From Nemertoderma westbladi (taxonomy: Eukaryota > Animalia > Xenacoelomorpha), in contig JAUCBJ010003179.1 of the NCBI GenBank assembly GCA_032718475.1, forward strand, positions 9,813 to 73,812: DNA of 64,000 nucleotides. Reading direction: 5' to 3'. Below the pieces are notes generated by a model that saw only the letters and a program-made list of their open reading frames with translations, was not told the DNA's origin and did not search any database. Made by a program: the position numbers and the translations under genes. Positions 61,529-64,000 of the stretch are shown here, piece by piece; within the stretch, counting starts at the first letter, position 1, and each line of letters starts with the position of its first letter.

Positions 61529-64000
61529 TTAAAAAAAACTGTCTCCCCTTCTAAGTTTCTTTGTTGTAGAAGGTTCTGCGAGGTTGGTAGGAGCTTTCTG
61601 TCGCTTCGGCCGACCCAAAGTTTCCAGGGTATCATGAAAGGAAACCTGCGAAGCGCTGAAAGATGTTTTAGAAACTCCAGAAGCTAACCCATCATCAACA
61701 TCTTCCTCACCAGCCCCACGCCGCCCAGACTCTATTTGCATCTTCTTTGGACGACCACGACTTGGTTTCTTAACCGTAGATTGTACCGGCACCGGCACCT
61801 CCGAAGTCTCCATAGTAAAGTCCATACCGGTTTCATCGTAGTCAACGATCCTGGCGGCTTTCCTTCCTTTGCGTTTCTTCGATTTACGTTTAATAAATTC
61901 CGGACTGGAATCCACAGAATCGTCGAGAGATATTGCAAAAGCCGACTGAGTTTTCGATATTATTTTCAACCCATGCGGGAGTTCTATATCCACAGCCTGG
62001 CCTATCGCAAGGTCGGGGACCACAATCGGAAGTGGCTGGACGTCAGTTGCAGCTGATACGAATCCAGCAACCGCACTTTTGGCTTTAACACTTTTCGTTT
62101 TACGAACATGTTTAGTTCCGGTTACAGTCTGCTTTTGTATTTGGTCAGTAGCGACACTCCCAGAAAGCAGAAAAGTGTCGGACACTTCCTCAACGGGAGT
62201 CGATTGGCCGGCTGTCATAGTTTCCCCTTGCTTCCTCGGCTGATAAGATTCCCCTAATTTCCCCGGCTGATAAGTTTCACCTTGTTTCCCCGGCTGAGAA
62301 GTTTCCCCTAATTTCCCCGGCTGATACGTTTCCCCTTGTTTCCCCGGCTGAGAAGTTTCCCCTAATTTCACCGGCTGATAAGTTTCCCCTTGTTTCCCCG
62401 GCTCAGAAGTTAATTTCCCCGGCTGAGAAGTTTCACCTTGTTTCCCCGGCTCAGAAGTTTCCCTTAATTTCCCTGGCTGATAAGTTTCCCCTTGTTTCCC
62501 CGGCTGAGAAGTTTCCCCATTTTTCCCCGGCTCAGAAGTTTCCCTTAATTTCCCTGGCTGAGAAGTTTCCCCTTGTTTCCCCGGCTGAGAAGTTTCCCCA
62601 TTTTTCCCCGGCTCAGAAGTATCCCTTAATTTCCCCGGCTGAGAAGTTTCCCCATGTTTCACACGCCTGTAACTCTTTTTCTCTTTTAAGGAACCAACTT
62701 TGTCGACACGAACTGGGATTGCTCTCGACGTTTTCGAATCTTTAGATTTCGTCGGATTTTTCGTTTTGACAACCGGTTGGGTATGTGACCTTCCGAGATT
62801 AGTAGACTCAACTACGGTGTCAGTAACAACGCCATCCCTAATATCAACAGAATCGTCGCTTATAGGAACGGGAGGGAGTTTCCCTAGAGATTCCGGACTA
62901 CCGACTGGTGTCATCACATCGTAGGTCTGGTCGCCACGTCTGTTACCGACAACGAATGTGGCGGATGCCGCCCCCAACTTGCCAGTCTGTCGAGAAGGAC
63001 TACACACAAAGGTATCACCTTGTGCGGGCGTCGATGCTTCACCATGGGAAACAACAAATGTGGAGATGAGGCAAGGTTTAGAGAACGGAGTAGGTAAATC
63101 GAAGGGGATGGAGGTATTGGACTGCCCTCGGAACCTGGTAATGGAACTAATACGCGGATTCTCGTTGGTGAATCCACGACCCCTGGCCACGGTACCAACA
63201 GGAGTCGATGAAATCAATGTATCGTTAGCGCTCTCTACCATCGACGTGTCCATTATATTTGATTCCAACATCGTTGCGTCGTTTACTTCATTCGAAGCCA
63301 CGCTTTCCCCAAATATATGACTACCGGTGCCGGTACCATTAGAGGCGAATATACGTGACTCCCTTCGTAAAGATTGGGACTCCCTTTGACCCGATTGGGA
63401 CTCCCTTTGTCCCGATTTAGATTCCCTTTGTCCCGATTGGGACTCCCTTTGTCCCGATTGAGACTCCCTTTGTCCCGATTGAGACTCCTTTTGCCCCGAT
63501 TGAGACTCCTTTCGTCCCGATTTGGACTCCCTTTGTCTCGATTTGGATTCCCTTTGTCCCGAATTGGATTCCCTTTGTCCCGATTTGGATTCCCTTTGTC
63601 CCGATTGGGACTCCCTTTGTCCAGATTGGGACTCCCTTTGTTCCCATTGGGACTCCCTTTGTCCCGATTGCTCCCTTCGACCAGTTTGGGACGCCCTGCG
63701 ACTAGAATGCCCTCTGCTAGTACTCATCCTATCACCTATGTTGGACACATCCACCAACTCCTCTCGCCCAACCATTCGCTCCGCGGTTTCACTACCCTGG
63801 CTGTGGCTCTCACCATCCTTCTCCCCTCCCATAACGGACAAATCTTTATTACCGAAAATATTCCTGGGAATCTCGTAGGCTCGAATCGGAGTTACGGCAG
63901 GTGGATTGATTGGTGGCACGTTCTCCACGTCTAGATGATCCGACGTCACGCCCTTAGCAGCAACGCGTTGCGACGACTCCTCCCTTCCTCCCGACATGTC
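61529..64000 (-). CDS. Shugoshin-like protein, large terminal exon (5' part outside the window)
   Basis: At least 822 codons, open to the window edge; low-complexity Ser/Thr/Gly-rich. It ends in GRPKRQKAPTNLAEPSTTKKLRRGDSFF*, matching the basic C-terminal SGO motif (recalled as PKRR...NYKEPTLASKLRRGDPF in human SGO1). The N-terminal coiled coil is not visible. Confidence 0.8.
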   Translation of the reverse strand, partial: DMSGGREESSQRVAAKGVTSDHLDVENVPPINPPAVTPIRAYEIPRNIFGNKDLSVMGGEKDGESHSQGSETAERMVGREELVDVSNIGDRMSTSRGHSSRRASQTGRREQSGQRESQWEQRESQSGQRESQSGQRESKSGQRESNSGQRESKSRQRESKSGRKESQSGQKESQSGQRESQSGQRESQSGQRESKSGQRESQSGQRESQSLRRESRIFASNGTGTGSHIFGESVASNEVNDATMLESNIMDTSMVESANDTLISSTPVGTVARGRGFTNENPRISSITRFRGQSNTSIPFDLPTPFSKPCLISTFVVSHGEASTPAQGDTFVCSPSRQTGKLGAASATFVVGNRRGDQTYDVMTPVGSPESLGKLPPVPISDDSVDIRDGVVTDTVVESTNLGRSHTQPVVKTKNPTKSKDSKTSRAIPVRVDKVGSLKEKKSYRRVKHGETSQPGKLRDTSEPGKNGETSQPGKQGETSQPGKLRETSEPGKNGETSQPGKQGETYQPGKLRETSEPGKQGETSQPGKLTSEPGKQGETYQPVKLGETSQPGKQGETYQPGKLGETSQPGKQGETYQPGKLGESYQPRKQGETMTAGQSTPVEEVSDTFLLSGSVATDQIQKQTVTGTKHVRKTKSVKAKSAVAGFVSAATDVQPLPIVVPDLAIGQAVDIELPHGLKIISKTQSAFAISLDDSVDSSPEFIKRKSKKRKGRKAARIVDYDETGMDFTMETSEVPVPVQSTVKKPSRGRPKKMQIESGRRGAGEEDVDDGLASGVSKTSFSASQVSFHDTLETLGRPKRQKAPTNLAEPSTTKKLRRGDSFF
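62218..62655 (-). repeat. Coding 27-bp repeat, ~16 x (Q/L/N)GETSQPGK
   Basis: In-frame repeat within ORF 61529-63997. Confidence 0.92.
63355..63690 (-). repeat. Coding 21-bp repeat, ~15 x RESQSGQ
   Basis: In-frame repeat within ORF 61529-63997. Confidence 0.92.

Noticed and set aside
63374-63934. Plus-strand ORFs (186 aa, 118 aa) over the shugoshin repeats
   Set aside because: Antisense shadows of a 21-bp coding repeat that lacks stop codons.

Overview
AT-rich animal (probably marine invertebrate) nuclear DNA with spliceosomal GT-AG introns. No prokaryotic features or CRISPR arrays are present. Four host genes were reconstructed by hand. (1) A divergent 3-exon cytochrome c oxidase subunit 5B-like gene (+, 13491-18238). 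(2) A SNAG-like, 8-finger C2H2 transcription factor related to Gfi/Fezf, with 8 coding exons (-, 24963-39131). (3) The last three exons of an LKAAEAR1-like gene (-, 47449-51068). (4) The large terminal exon of a shugoshin-like gene with two internal peptide-repeat arrays (-, 61529 to the window edge). The rest is rich in mobile DNA. It includes a five-level nest of TIR elements with a satellite-bearing foldback (4080-13009), several other MITEs with identifiable TSDs, a 5'-truncated RTE LINE with TSD, two tRNA-derived SINEs, a full-length but disabled piggyBac, and large tandem arrays (24-38 bp units, up to ~7.5 kb). Most notable observations: paired inverted-repeat arms differ by TA-CAG-TA and TA-GGCC-TA micro-insertions that look like transposon excision footprints, and such motifs are dense in parts of the window. 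Two intronic arrays carry 5' splice-site sequences in every unit. All three large arrays contain an internal copy of their own boundary. Two arrays sit directly 5' of 3'-end fragments of the same RTE family. All family assignments come from recalled motifs, not database searches.
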